Shown here piece after piece: positions 9,901 through 16,288 of a DNA stretch of 20,000 nt (its first letter is position 1; each line of letters opens with the position of its first letter). The DNA is from an uncultured virus (IMG/VR IMGVR_UViG_3300021197_001722) (taxonomy: Duplodnaviria > Heunggongvirae > Uroviricota > Caudoviricetes). The stretch lies in IMG/VR virus record IMGVR_UViG_3300021197_001722; one strand, given 5' to 3'. Both the position numbers and the translations under genes were made by a program. Below the pieces are notes generated by a model, which searched no databases, was not told where the DNA came from, and saw only the letters and a list, made by a program, of their open reading frames with translations.

Positions 9901-10267
9901 TAAGCTCTTGGACTGACTTACCAGTAACCTGAGCAATCTTTACAACCTCTCTCTCAAACTTAATAGCTTCATCTACAGCGCTAGCAAGCTTGTTTGTAAA
10001 TAAACTTACAGCCCTACTAGCTATCGTAAACGACGCAAATCTTCGGATTGAAATACCAAAGTTTTTAGATAAGTTTTTTCCCTGAGAGTTCAGGTTAGAA
10101 ACCTGTTTATTAATTTGCGTTAATTGTCTCTGAGCCGCAGGAGCGTTCTTTAGCTGTACGTTCAGATTCACCCCGCCTTGAAGTTGTCTTTGAATTTGCT
10201 GGACAACTTGGCGTGTGTTTGACGGGGCTTGTAATTGTAATTGCGCAGTCAGTACAAATTTTGACAT
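3971..10267 (-). CDS. Phage tail tape measure protein (TP901-family-like N-terminal core), 2098 aa
   Basis: Very long Ala/Gly/Leu/Lys-rich helical protein downstream of the tube and chaperone genes. The N-terminal core (AIKFEREVVKIAQVTG...INKVAGQFAVESGDL...TRESAESIATGLRTIFTRI) is typical of PhageMin_Tail-type TMPs. Three DTVPAMLTPGEFV motifs. Confidence 0.93.
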   Translation of the reverse strand: MSKFVLTAQLQLQAPSNTRQVVQQIQRQLQGGVNLNVQLKNAPAAQRQLTQINKQVSNLNSQGKNLSKNFGISIRRFASFTIASRAVSLFTNKLASAVDEAIKFEREVVKIAQVTGKSVQELNGLTKTITNLSSNLGVASQELVSTTRILAQAGIKANDLEVALSALAKTTLAPTFEDINKTAEGAVAILAQFKQGVGALEGQLGSINKVAGQFAVESGDLISAVRRFGGVFKSAGGELDELLGLFTSVRATTRESAESIATGLRTIFTRIQRPKTIEFLKQFGVQLTDLEGKFVGPFEAVRQLSQAFAGLEEGDITFVRVAEELGGFRQIGKVIPLIQQFTVAEKARQAALEGRGSLDSDAVKAQQALAVQISKVREEFFALIRGISETGTFQILVKSTLALTSQLIKLADAFKPLLPLLTAFAGIKIASSIGNIARGVGAGFLGRNQGGPIGFASGGVVPGQGNRDTVPAMLTPGEFVIRKSSVGKIGAGTLQAMNSNKFAKGGNVADISDKFGYNFIDDTSSIKGSFSDTKIPVSMLDSLAQSELSSSIGGNVNRFVRKGSGLSAVEAKAVENFINGSGPVTSGQKSSLVAAGLAPSQKAAASLNRSQVKRQLIKQKRLISGFEEGSTLTASGGSAAGLLPSASTIFDKHIDQQLPKLFTKAVSKFNPPLGSGQDIPLNKLISESAINSIRGQFFEVFVRRATNQEIKETKKDPLFDFKTGDPAGFNALFGSSIFPSEFKINNSRENIASAYGKAIKEGLSVKKLASGGGISGSDTVPAMLTPGEFVINKKAAQSIGADNLNRMNKQGVVGFAAGGPVTPNRHLYGNGPLDGELIIPGNRSVSKSEGPGPGEGAKVLIQFVEEMDNATGTLIDLQGEMENFKKLIINVLKGIVDANRGMTVGKQSTGFTQVSDTAVSSPVRFKKGPAGLLSAPAGKKKDPKAKETPKKQEDAAKKTLGDVGALGVKLLGINAALTPFITSGEEAAKNTFNFANALQTGVTRFVAFNAAIEKSKEFFEKNVQKNEKGNLEFIRGGTSDKFAQKIRVGGKRLARSGRAASGRGSLLGKASGKIQQRIGTGFGKLAGGLTKFGPKFLKFLPGIGQAINYITSISSALAAGFAAQEKYNLAIKQGNVQKAQEFAVLKELTGVEQAILSVAGTGGTLADIFTGLRGTTTEYLMASAKAAAIASKADKEKAENARLASDAFKEVAAGTMSLTQALSGAGGGGFRSALEVRNAERDEIRAREGTRSTGSFSSARDVGSLVSFGLMESANTKNINITAKNEEQQQASQEKLAKSFEEIFPKVNELGREFARGGGTLAEFEAKLIKMGIPLNEVKGASERVARAFQNNVEGLKRSREAFQALNFGLTPLLKTTEGLNTGLNTLTDISNGTYNALNNAKSVLESAATGATVDDKAFNDALSTVEKDLKAFGGGEQLSKIRKTITALREASEGAGPALEEFRSKLITGEIDDANPKELISGLTDTLTENMGPESKKIIQEALGDIKLDKDTVEKIISDGNLDELFKIIEEKGGEVFKELGPLIDNIVNAQSSLLDLTKKRIVAEQQLVAAQLSSANAQREAAKLIAEFSGKQLSGGDQANLAAGRLRATGINAQDAGSLSNTLAFNSLAQQNNVASLSATGGAALGGQDRAAVEANQQKLNSQNAEILTYARERVKIYQQEIAAAKQRLKLEQDAAQALLAGDVAKFAENINASIAASAFRSGDTASLQALGGEAVAAGFGSLTDEEKRAAKPQLEALGLSSGLADSAAGTSSEIQALQAEAIEYAQIIAQSGDAGVRLAEASLTAAENLETLGKQALETAQNKAAEQQAEFNAKKKETEAAAAKVEADRKAREEAEKAAKAAEEKRLGDAAQAEADAALADPNRFRQESDSALGIYFGRQQPGEQIGQSVGGSMFNGNNQFEQTRNLSVRRAKGGTIYASRGMFVPKGTDTVPAMLTPGEFVVNRSAVQRGNNLQILRSMNGGDTTPNGAPAAMSKGGSVGYYNQGGEVTAGMGDFINGMSQAISQLGGAFGTFSQSVQQLANMKLSVNLSPTRVDVNVIGPMLSELTDATKEVVLNAVVSEIQLNQLGQLERTV
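4373..4411 (-). repeat. TMP DTVPAMLTPGEFV motif, copy 3 (aa 1953-1965)
   Basis: Context RAKGGTIYASRGMFVPKGTDTVPAMLTPGEFVVNRSAVQRGNNLQILRSMN...MSKGG...YNQGG. Confidence 0.95.
7898..7936 (-). repeat. TMP DTVPAMLTPGEFV motif, copy 2 (aa 778-790)
   Basis: Context LASGGGISGSDTVPAMLTPGEFVINKKAAQSIGADNLNRMN...FAAGG. Confidence 0.95.
8828..8866 (-). repeat. TMP DTVPAMLTPGEFV motif, copy 1 (aa 468-480)
   Basis: Identical 13-aa peptide at 8828-8866, 7898-7936 and 4373-4411, encoded with different synonymous codons. Confidence 0.95.
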
Positions 10268-10301
10268 TATAATTTTCTCGCTGGTACGACTACACTATCC
10301 G

Positions 10302-11123
10302 CTAACTTTCTGTAGCTTTTCTTGGTGTTCTTTTTTTTCTAGTAGTAGGTTTTTTAGCCTTCTTATACTTAGCAGTGATAACATAATTACCATCATCGTC
10401 AAGAAGGTTTCCGTTTATATCAATTCTATCTCCGTCATCATTAATATAATAACCAAATTCATTAATTTTCCGTCCATCTAGATCGACAAGGTTTTTGTTG
10501 TCGTCAACTAAACTTCCTTCTTCATTTACTAAATCGTAGTGTTTTAGCCATTTATTCTCTGGAAGGGAGTTTTCCTGAGAAGAATCATATGAGTACATGA
10601 CTTCTGCCAGCGAAGCTGCGGCTGTGTATGCAATCTCATCTGCGGCCTGTTTATTATAATCCTGTATACCATTATACACAGATTCTCCATTCTCATAGAA
10701 AGTACAGTTAGACACAAGGAAATCAAACCTAGCGTTGTCAGAAAGCGCTTCTGCGGAATTATTTTCCAAAGATAGTTTTTTCATAATATGCTCTCTGAGT
10801 TCGTTTCTCAGTTTTCGCATGGTAATTGCGGTAGAAACTCCATCTTCTATCTTTTTTTCGCCTTTACTTAGATAGAGTTCTTTTTCTAGATTCTGGATTT
10901 TTTTAGTGATTTCGTCTTGTTTTTTCTGATGAGCCTTGGTCCAAATACCGCGCTCCTCCATCATCAATTCAAGCTCTTCTTTTGTTTTAATCCCATCTTC
11001 TAGGCACTCAGTCCAGATCTTTGCTCGATATCTATCCGCTCTAGATACGACATCAGAAGTTGGACTTTGTATATAAAACTTGATTGTTTTTCCGTCTTTT
11101 TTAACTTCCAGATCTTTTCTCAT
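10302..11123 (-). CDS. Putative tail assembly chaperone-position protein (273 aa), paralogue of 11508..12533, with C-terminal 7-aa repeats and a basic tail
   Basis: Immediately upstream of the TMP. Its ATG overlaps the upstream TGA (ATGA) and is preceded by GAGGA. Shares ECLxDGIKT...W...NSxE...CTF with the 341-aa protein. Function inferred from position. Confidence 0.6.
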   Translation of the reverse strand: MRKDLEVKKDGKTIKFYIQSPTSDVVSRADRYRAKIWTECLEDGIKTKEELELMMEERGIWTKAHQKKQDEITKKIQNLEKELYLSKGEKKIEDGVSTAITMRKLRNELREHIMKKLSLENNSAEALSDNARFDFLVSNCTFYENGESVYNGIQDYNKQAADEIAYTAAASLAEVMYSYDSSQENSLPENKWLKHYDLVNEEGSLVDDNKNLVDLDGRKINEFGYYINDDGDRIDINGNLLDDDGNYVITAKYKKAKKPTTRKKRTPRKATES

Positions 11124-11506
11124 TTATCTTCCTCTTTCTTTATTGGTAAAACTGTGTTATATCTCAACCACTTGATTTCATACTGAGACAATTCAGCATC
11201 AATATTTTTAGCCTGTGCATTTCCTTTATCAAGAATTTCCTGTCTAGTTTTTTGATAAATGTCATACATAGTTCTTTGTTCGTCGGTTAATTCTTCTGGA
11301 TTACCTTCCCATAAAAATCCGAAGTTTTTTTCTATTGAACTGAGAGAACCAATCATCGTAGTAATAACTTTCTTTTTTAATATCTTAGAAAGTCTATCTT
11401 TGGAGTCAGTTTGGTATTTCTCTGCCTTTACCTTTTTGTACTCAGAGTGTTGTCTTATCAGATTATGATAAGATTTTTGATCTTGTGGTTTTTCCTCGGA
11501 ACTCAT
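11120..11506 (-). CDS. Hypothetical protein (128 aa) in the tail-chaperone region
   Basis: Open frame. Start reassigned from 11536 to the ATG at 11506 (MSSEEK), which follows AGGAG at 11512-11516 and lies 1 nt after the upstream TAA. Confidence 0.8.
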   Translation of the reverse strand: MSSEEKPQDQKSYHNLIRQHSEYKKVKAEKYQTDSKDRLSKILKKKVITTMIGSLSSIEKNFGFLWEGNPEELTDEQRTMYDIYQKTRQEILDKGNAQAKNIDAELSQYEIKWLRYNTVLPIKKEEDK

Positions 11507-11507
11507 C

Positions 11508-12533
11508 TTATCTCCTTCTCGATCTGTTAGCCTCATTCGCCTGATTTCTAAGTTTTATTTTTTCATCTTTAAAATCTAGCTGACTGGCTCTACCTTGGTT
11601 TTTAATAAGTATCTCTCTTTGTTTTTTAACTACCCTACCATTTATAGAGTTCATATTATTTATATTTTCTGCTTCTTTTTTGTTTCTAGCCGGTAAGAAT
11701 AATTCTTGATGTCTAGATGTATTTGGACTCATATTGTCTACCTCCGATTTTGCTTTTTCTTCATCTCGTTTCCGTTTTTGTACAATAAACCAACCATCTA
11801 ATAAATCATCATCATTTATAACATCTTCCGTTGGACAGTCCATAGACTCCTGAATATTATCATACATACTAGACCAGACTAGAATATTTTTTTGATCATG
11901 AGACAATTCTCTATCATTATTGGCAAATAATTTTACTTGATCTTTCATGAGCCATACAGAGCGCCAAGGGTCTGTTCTGGCTAACTCTCTACAGTCGCTA
12001 TCTTTGACCAGCATTGAGTAATAGAGATTAGAAAGCACCTCGACAGGTGCTGTTGAGAAGTCATAGAGTTCGCTGCCAAAGAATGTACACCTTTTCATGT
12101 ACTCGCCAACTCTCGATCCAAGCGCGACTCCTTCGCAAGAGTTCCTAAAAAACTTAGCCTTTTGTCCTGCTAGTTCCTTGAGTTGATCTTCCCCAGTTCT
12201 TAAAACAGACTTACCATTGGTAACAAGATTTAAATTAAACCGGTTCTCGTACATTTGTACTTTGACTTTTTCTATATCCTTCTTAATCCCCTCAATTTTT
12301 TGATCTTTTTCTAACGACCACAGATTTTTCTGGATCATCCATTCCTCAACCTGCTCGTCAGTTTTTATACCATCAAACAGGCACTCATTATAAGTATCGT
12401 GATATTTTTCCTCAATAAAATATAAGTCATCAATAGTTGGAGTAAGTACCGTTAGCTTTATGTCTTTATACTTTATGTAATATTTTCCTGATCTTACCTT
12501 TGATACAAAATACTCCCGCTCGTGCTGCTTCAT
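11508..12533 (-). CDS. Putative tail assembly chaperone-position protein (341 aa)
   Basis: First gene after the tail tube; charged helical composition. Start at 12533 (MKQHERE) follows GAGGT at 12538-12542; an alternative in-frame ATG lies at 12557. Confidence 0.6.
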   Translation of the reverse strand: MKQHEREYFVSKVRSGKYYIKYKDIKLTVLTPTIDDLYFIEEKYHDTYNECLFDGIKTDEQVEEWMIQKNLWSLEKDQKIEGIKKDIEKVKVQMYENRFNLNLVTNGKSVLRTGEDQLKELAGQKAKFFRNSCEGVALGSRVGEYMKRCTFFGSELYDFSTAPVEVLSNLYYSMLVKDSDCRELARTDPWRSVWLMKDQVKLFANNDRELSHDQKNILVWSSMYDNIQESMDCPTEDVINDDDLLDGWFIVQKRKRDEEKAKSEVDNMSPNTSRHQELFLPARNKKEAENINNMNSINGRVVKKQREILIKNQGRASQLDFKDEKIKLRNQANEANRSRRR

Positions 12534-12554
12534 ATCAACCTCACGACGGGAGTA
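12511..12554 (-). promoter_or_regulatory. 13-bp RNA hairpin (1-nt bulge) enclosing the SD and start codon of the 341-aa gene
   Basis: mRNA sense: UACUCCCG-UCGUG-[AGGUUGAUAUGAAGCAG]-CACGA-G-CGGGAGUA. GC-rich arms in an AT-rich region. Confidence 0.75.
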
Positions 12555-12568
12555 CATATATTTATCAT
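12530..12568 (-). CDS. Putative 12-aa leader peptide (MINICTPVVRLI), translationally coupled to the 341-aa gene
   Basis: ATG at 12568 lies 5 nt after AGGAAAGGA (12574-12582). Its TGA (12530-12532) overlaps the downstream ATG in an ATGA arrangement. Confidence 0.5.
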   Translation of the reverse strand: MINICTPVVRLI

Positions 12569-12581
12569 TTATATCCTTTCC

Positions 12582-12628
12582 TAATCCACAAAACTCGCTG
12601 TCCTAAAAGCTATCGCTTAGGTGGATTA
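12582..12628 (-). other. Stem-loop directly after the tail tube stop (possible mRNA stabiliser or attenuator)
   Basis: UAAUCCAC...GUGGAUUA 8-bp inverted repeat; a partly overlapping alternative stem CCUAA-GC-GAUA-GC-UU-UUAGG lies inside. No U-tract follows the outer stem. Confidence 0.45.
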
Positions 12629-13915
12629 CTACTCTGTAGTACCGTCGAACCAGAAGTTAAGTGGGGAGTTATCAAATCCCATAACACCGCTATGGTTATG
12701 GTAAATGTACTTAACATCCAAATCGTTGAAGTTGGTGTAACTGTAGCTACAACTTACGTTGCCCCCAGTAGCATCACCCCCTCCATAACTAACACTTGAC
12801 AAACGATTTTTCTTTCCAAGGTCAAATGAATAGCCACCACGAAGAACAAAGTGAATGTTTTCTTCTTGAGTATTATTACCAGAAGCTGATGTGGGGTTAA
12901 GTGCAGGATCGCCGTCTTCAAGCGCTGTGATGAAATCACCAGAGGTTGTAACTGCTTCGATTTCGCAAGTAACTTCCACAGGGAAAGTAGCAGGACGATA
13001 ATAAGGATTCTTCTTACCAAGCTCAAAAACGTCTTCACGACTAAAGTCAGTATTAATAGAAACATTCTGAACGTGAACGGCTAATCCGCTATTTTTAAAC
13101 GCCACTATACCCGTATGTACCAATAGTGAAGGATCTTGGTCGATGACGAAAGCGGAAGACCACTTATAAGCATTACCAACACCAGTTCCGTTAACGCCGT
13201 CAATACCTACAGGAAGAATTGAGTATTCCATCAAAAGATCTTCTCTTCTTTGAACACCACCAGAGCCAGCAGCTAAAGCGAGAGGTGAATCATTTCCATC
13301 AAAGTCAGTAACAGCAAGATCTGTGATTTCAGTGTTTGATCCAGTCAACCATTCTTTGTTGTTACCAACCAAAGTGACTGACTCACTAAAGCCTCCATCA
13401 ACCGGGAAAGTGTAACCAACACTTGAAATGTACATTCCAGACATATAAACTTCAACTTCTGCGTCACCACCATTTACTGTGGCCCCACCAACATTGTCAA
13501 ATTCTTCACCAAAAATACCCAAGCGGACATCGCACTGCTGCTTAGATCTAGCAAGCAAACCGCTAGCACTTGTACTAGTAACACCGGTAGATGCCATGTG
13601 ATACATCAAAGGATAACCATCAATATTCTTCTCCAGAGTAACTTCTACATCTGGAATACCTTCAATGTTTTCATAGATTTCAATCTGACCAAGCTCAAAA
13701 ACTTGCTCAAGATTAAAGTTAGTCGTGATGCCAACACTTTGCAATCCGTGGATTACTTCCCCATAGTTTTTGTTACTGTGTACGATATTTTTGGAAAGCT
13801 CTACCGGATTTCGCGACGGATCGTCTCTTGTTCCACTACCAATTAATGAAGGTACGCCGATATTTGTAATAGCAGCAGCTTGGCACGAATAAAGAATTCT
13901 ATTATTACTGGACAT
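12629..13915 (-). CDS. Major tail tube protein (428 aa, two tandem tube-like domains)
   Basis: Lies between the terminator-like gene and the chaperone/TMP genes, with its own promoter motif and a strong SD (AGGAGAG). Beta-rich, with internal duplication LQSVGITTNFNLEQVFELG / VQNVSINTDFSREDVFELG. Ends TAG TAA. Confidence 0.75.
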   Translation of the reverse strand: MSSNNRILYSCQAAAITNIGVPSLIGSGTRDDPSRNPVELSKNIVHSNKNYGEVIHGLQSVGITTNFNLEQVFELGQIEIYENIEGIPDVEVTLEKNIDGYPLMYHMASTGVTSTSASGLLARSKQQCDVRLGIFGEEFDNVGGATVNGGDAEVEVYMSGMYISSVGYTFPVDGGFSESVTLVGNNKEWLTGSNTEITDLAVTDFDGNDSPLALAAGSGGVQRREDLLMEYSILPVGIDGVNGTGVGNAYKWSSAFVIDQDPSLLVHTGIVAFKNSGLAVHVQNVSINTDFSREDVFELGKKNPYYRPATFPVEVTCEIEAVTTSGDFITALEDGDPALNPTSASGNNTQEENIHFVLRGGYSFDLGKKNRLSSVSYGGGDATGGNVSCSYSYTNFNDLDVKYIYHNHSGVMGFDNSPLNFWFDGTTE

Positions 13916-13951
13916 TGTTTTGTCTCTCCTAGTTTTAGGTAAAATCTATAT

Positions 13952-13961
13952 TATTATACAC
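13952..13961 (-). promoter_or_regulatory. Putative late promoter element GTGTATAATA upstream of the tail tube gene
   Basis: Lies in a 54-nt intergenic gap, about 36 nt upstream of the ATG; identical 10-mer at 19763-19772; contains TATAAT. Confidence 0.65.
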
Positions 13962-13969
13962 AAAAAAGT

Positions 13970-14944
13970 CTAAATTTTCTCATTTACGTACTCAGTTCTA
14001 AATCTGACGACACCCCCATACAAGTCTTGACCTATGGTGGTGATCCCCTGAACATTTCCGTTCGTGAGCCTCAGTTTCCCCAGTGGGTATTGTTCCACAA
14101 GATCTGGATAGCGTAAAGCTCCAGAATTTACCTCTCCCCTATAATCTATCGGGTATTTTTGATCCGTATTGATTTTATTGCTATCATGCAACATAATTGT
14201 TTTATTATTCTGCAAAGATACAATATCAACCAACTTATTCCTAGTTATTTCATCCTCGGCAATACAGTGAAACAACACGTCTGTATAAACCCACTGACCT
14301 CCACCAAGCTGGTAGCCTTGGAAATTTCTAGAGGCTACGACTTCTACGGCAATCGCAGGAAGTTGTAATCTAGACTCTGGAGGAATATTCCAATCTCCTT
14401 TTTCTTTTTCATAAAATTGACTATTAGGCTGCATACTATCCATCTGAACAGTTCTGAGCCAAGGTACATTATTTGCATACACCACATTTACCCATTTATA
14501 GCTGAATTCTGCTTGCACCTTACTGTCAGAAGGTATTGCTGAGTCAAATATAACTCTACCATTGAAATGATCTACGTAGTGAGCATATGTTCCTGTTTCA
14601 TTATTAGTATGGAATCCGTCGTCAACCCAAACCCCTGAAACTCCGGGATTATCGTTGTCTGACCCCACCATTGGCGCAGGAGAGTAAGTAACACCACTCT
14701 GCCAAACCCAATTTTTTCTAAAACCCTCCCAGACTTGACCAATAGCATAAGAACCACTACCCTGAGTCCTCAACCTACTATAATCTCTATCATCTGGAGA
14801 CTCTTCGCCTCTTGTGACATTAAAATAATTACCAATGTCTAGAAGCGCCCAATCAAAATACTCAACAAGACCATCCTGAATATCATTATTCAGAGTGTAC
14901 TCGTGTATATTTGATAAGCCTTTTAAACCTCTGTAATTACTCAT
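13970..14944 (-). CDS. Putative tail terminator / tail completion protein (324 aa)
   Basis: Directly upstream of the tube gene. LPAIAVEVV...GYQLGGG...TDVLFHCIAEDEITRNKLVDIV has the strand-loop-strand-helix pattern of tail terminators. Call rests mostly on synteny. Confidence 0.5.
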   Translation of the reverse strand: MSNYRGLKGLSNIHEYTLNNDIQDGLVEYFDWALLDIGNYFNVTRGEESPDDRDYSRLRTQGSGSYAIGQVWEGFRKNWVWQSGVTYSPAPMVGSDNDNPGVSGVWVDDGFHTNNETGTYAHYVDHFNGRVIFDSAIPSDSKVQAEFSYKWVNVVYANNVPWLRTVQMDSMQPNSQFYEKEKGDWNIPPESRLQLPAIAVEVVASRNFQGYQLGGGQWVYTDVLFHCIAEDEITRNKLVDIVSLQNNKTIMLHDSNKINTDQKYPIDYRGEVNSGALRYPDLVEQYPLGKLRLTNGNVQGITTIGQDLYGGVVRFRTEYVNEKI

Positions 14945-15573
14945 ACAAATAGCTCTTTCTCTAAAATATTAGATATCTGCTGTTCTCTATTTTTAAACAT
15001 ATCAGTAAACACATTATTATCTTGTGTTCCTGAGTATTTTGGATTAATTCTATAAGAACCTCCACCAAGCATAACCCCACCGCCAGACCTTCCTTCAAGT
15101 CCGGGTTGGAAGCTATAATCAAAAATTAATATCTGATCACCTCTATTTATCAACCATTCCATCCAATGCAATTTACCTTCATTAATACTTGAAAAGCCTT
15201 CTGGAAGTGCTAATAAGTTTACGAATGATGAGGGTTGAAATCTTATCTGTAGCCCGCCTCTTAGCGCTTTATTAAACTTACCAAACTCTATCGTTGTAGA
15301 TTCTGCTATTGCTTGCTTTATAGAGTCTGCAACAGAAATTTCTGATCCAGCAAATATTCCAAACTCCGCAGCTATTGATCCAACGCCGCCCGAAGCTAGA
15401 TCCATGATAAAAGGAGAAGATGACACCCAGCCATCAACAGCCTTTTTCATCACCCCTAACAACCTAGCTTTTCTTTTTCTTATTAAATTATTCATTTCGT
15501 CGGCAATAGCTTTCTTTATTTTGTTTTCTATTGTCTTGGTCGATTGAGATAATTTGATACTAATATTGCTCAT
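14941..15573 (-). CDS. Putative neck / tail-completion protein (210 aa; HK97 gp10-like position)
   Basis: Start reassigned to the ATG at 15573 (MSNISIK) after GGGAG at 15579-15583. Basic N-terminal helix; ATGA overlap with the next gene. Function by synteny only. Confidence 0.45.
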   Translation of the reverse strand: MSNISIKLSQSTKTIENKIKKAIADEMNNLIRKRKARLLGVMKKAVDGWVSSSPFIMDLASGGVGSIAAEFGIFAGSEISVADSIKQAIAESTTIEFGKFNKALRGGLQIRFQPSSFVNLLALPEGFSSINEGKLHWMEWLINRGDQILIFDYSFQPGLEGRSGGGVMLGGGSYRINPKYSGTQDNNVFTDMFKNREQQISNILEKELFV

Positions 15574-15575
15574 GA

Positions 15576-16052
15576 TTACTCCCAAAAACAACCAAAATAT
15601 CTTTTTTTGCCTATCCCCATAGGGAATGGCTCACCAACCCTTTTGAATCTGAGTTCTGTCTCTGATTTTATATCTTTATGAACTATAAGCTCTTTTGCTC
15701 TCATTATTTTATCTAAGTCTGTGGCAAACAAAACTGTTTGAATAGCTCTATCAGGCAACACAAGATTGCCGCCAACATTAGTAAAATTCTTATTATCAAA
15801 ATATACTTTTAACTTAATATCTTCCAATCGTTCAACTTCTTTTATAGTCTTATTGTTTCTTTTGTAATTTCCACCTCCCGGTCTTCTGTGAGGATTTATA
15901 GATCTATTATCGGGTATATTGTCATGAGAATTATCTATGACTTCTACAGTATCTATAAATACCAGTTGACAGGTCACTCCGAAAATATCGAAAGTGGAGT
16001 CTATCACATCGTAATATGTGTCAAAGACACTTTGTGGGACTTCGATTGGCAT
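15576..16052 (-). CDS. Putative head-closure (stopper) protein (158 aa)
   Basis: Size, beta-rich C-terminus (RFKRVGEPFPMGIGKKRYFGCFWE) and position fit SPP1 gp16-like stoppers; inference only. Confidence 0.45.
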   Translation of the reverse strand: MPIEVPQSVFDTYYDVIDSTFDIFGVTCQLVFIDTVEVIDNSHDNIPDNRSINPHRRPGGGNYKRNNKTIKEVERLEDIKLKVYFDNKNFTNVGGNLVLPDRAIQTVLFATDLDKIMRAKELIVHKDIKSETELRFKRVGEPFPMGIGKKRYFGCFWE

Positions 16053-16063
16053 AGTATTTTACC

Positions 16064-16267
16064 TTAGTTTGGGGTGTCGCCCGTATAGTATCTAGGTGTA
16101 TCCATTCTGTCGTCATATCTGGCGACAATAGTACCGGATGGAACGAATGAATTAAGGTCAGGATCTCTCTTTACAGTCGAGTCCGTTCCCGCCTTCGTTT
16201 GATAAACAACCATTGAGCCGTTTTTAATGGCTTTGGTGTTATCAATTGGGATTATCACGTCTGACAT
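16064..16267 (-). CDS. Small hypothetical virion-associated protein (67 aa)
   Basis: ATG at 16267 (MSDVIIP) after GGAG at 16274-16277; fills the gap between neighbouring genes. Confidence 0.7.
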   Translation of the reverse strand: MSDVIIPIDNTKAIKNGSMVVYQTKAGTDSTVKRDPDLNSFVPSGTIVARYDDRMDTPRYYTGDTPN

Positions 16268-16288
16268 TTCTATCTCCAAGTTAAAAAA

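Noticed and set aside
11120..11580. Programmed -1 frameshift between the chaperone-position genes
   Set aside because: The 341/128-aa junction is +1 with its own SD and no canonical X XXY YYZ site. At the 128/273-aa junction the -1 frame has a TAA immediately before the ATG.
12629..14944. Contractile tail, eCIS or tailocin interpretation
   Set aside because: No sheath-sized gene precedes the tube gene, and head-tail joining genes plus a 2098-aa TMP point to an ordinary long-tailed phage.
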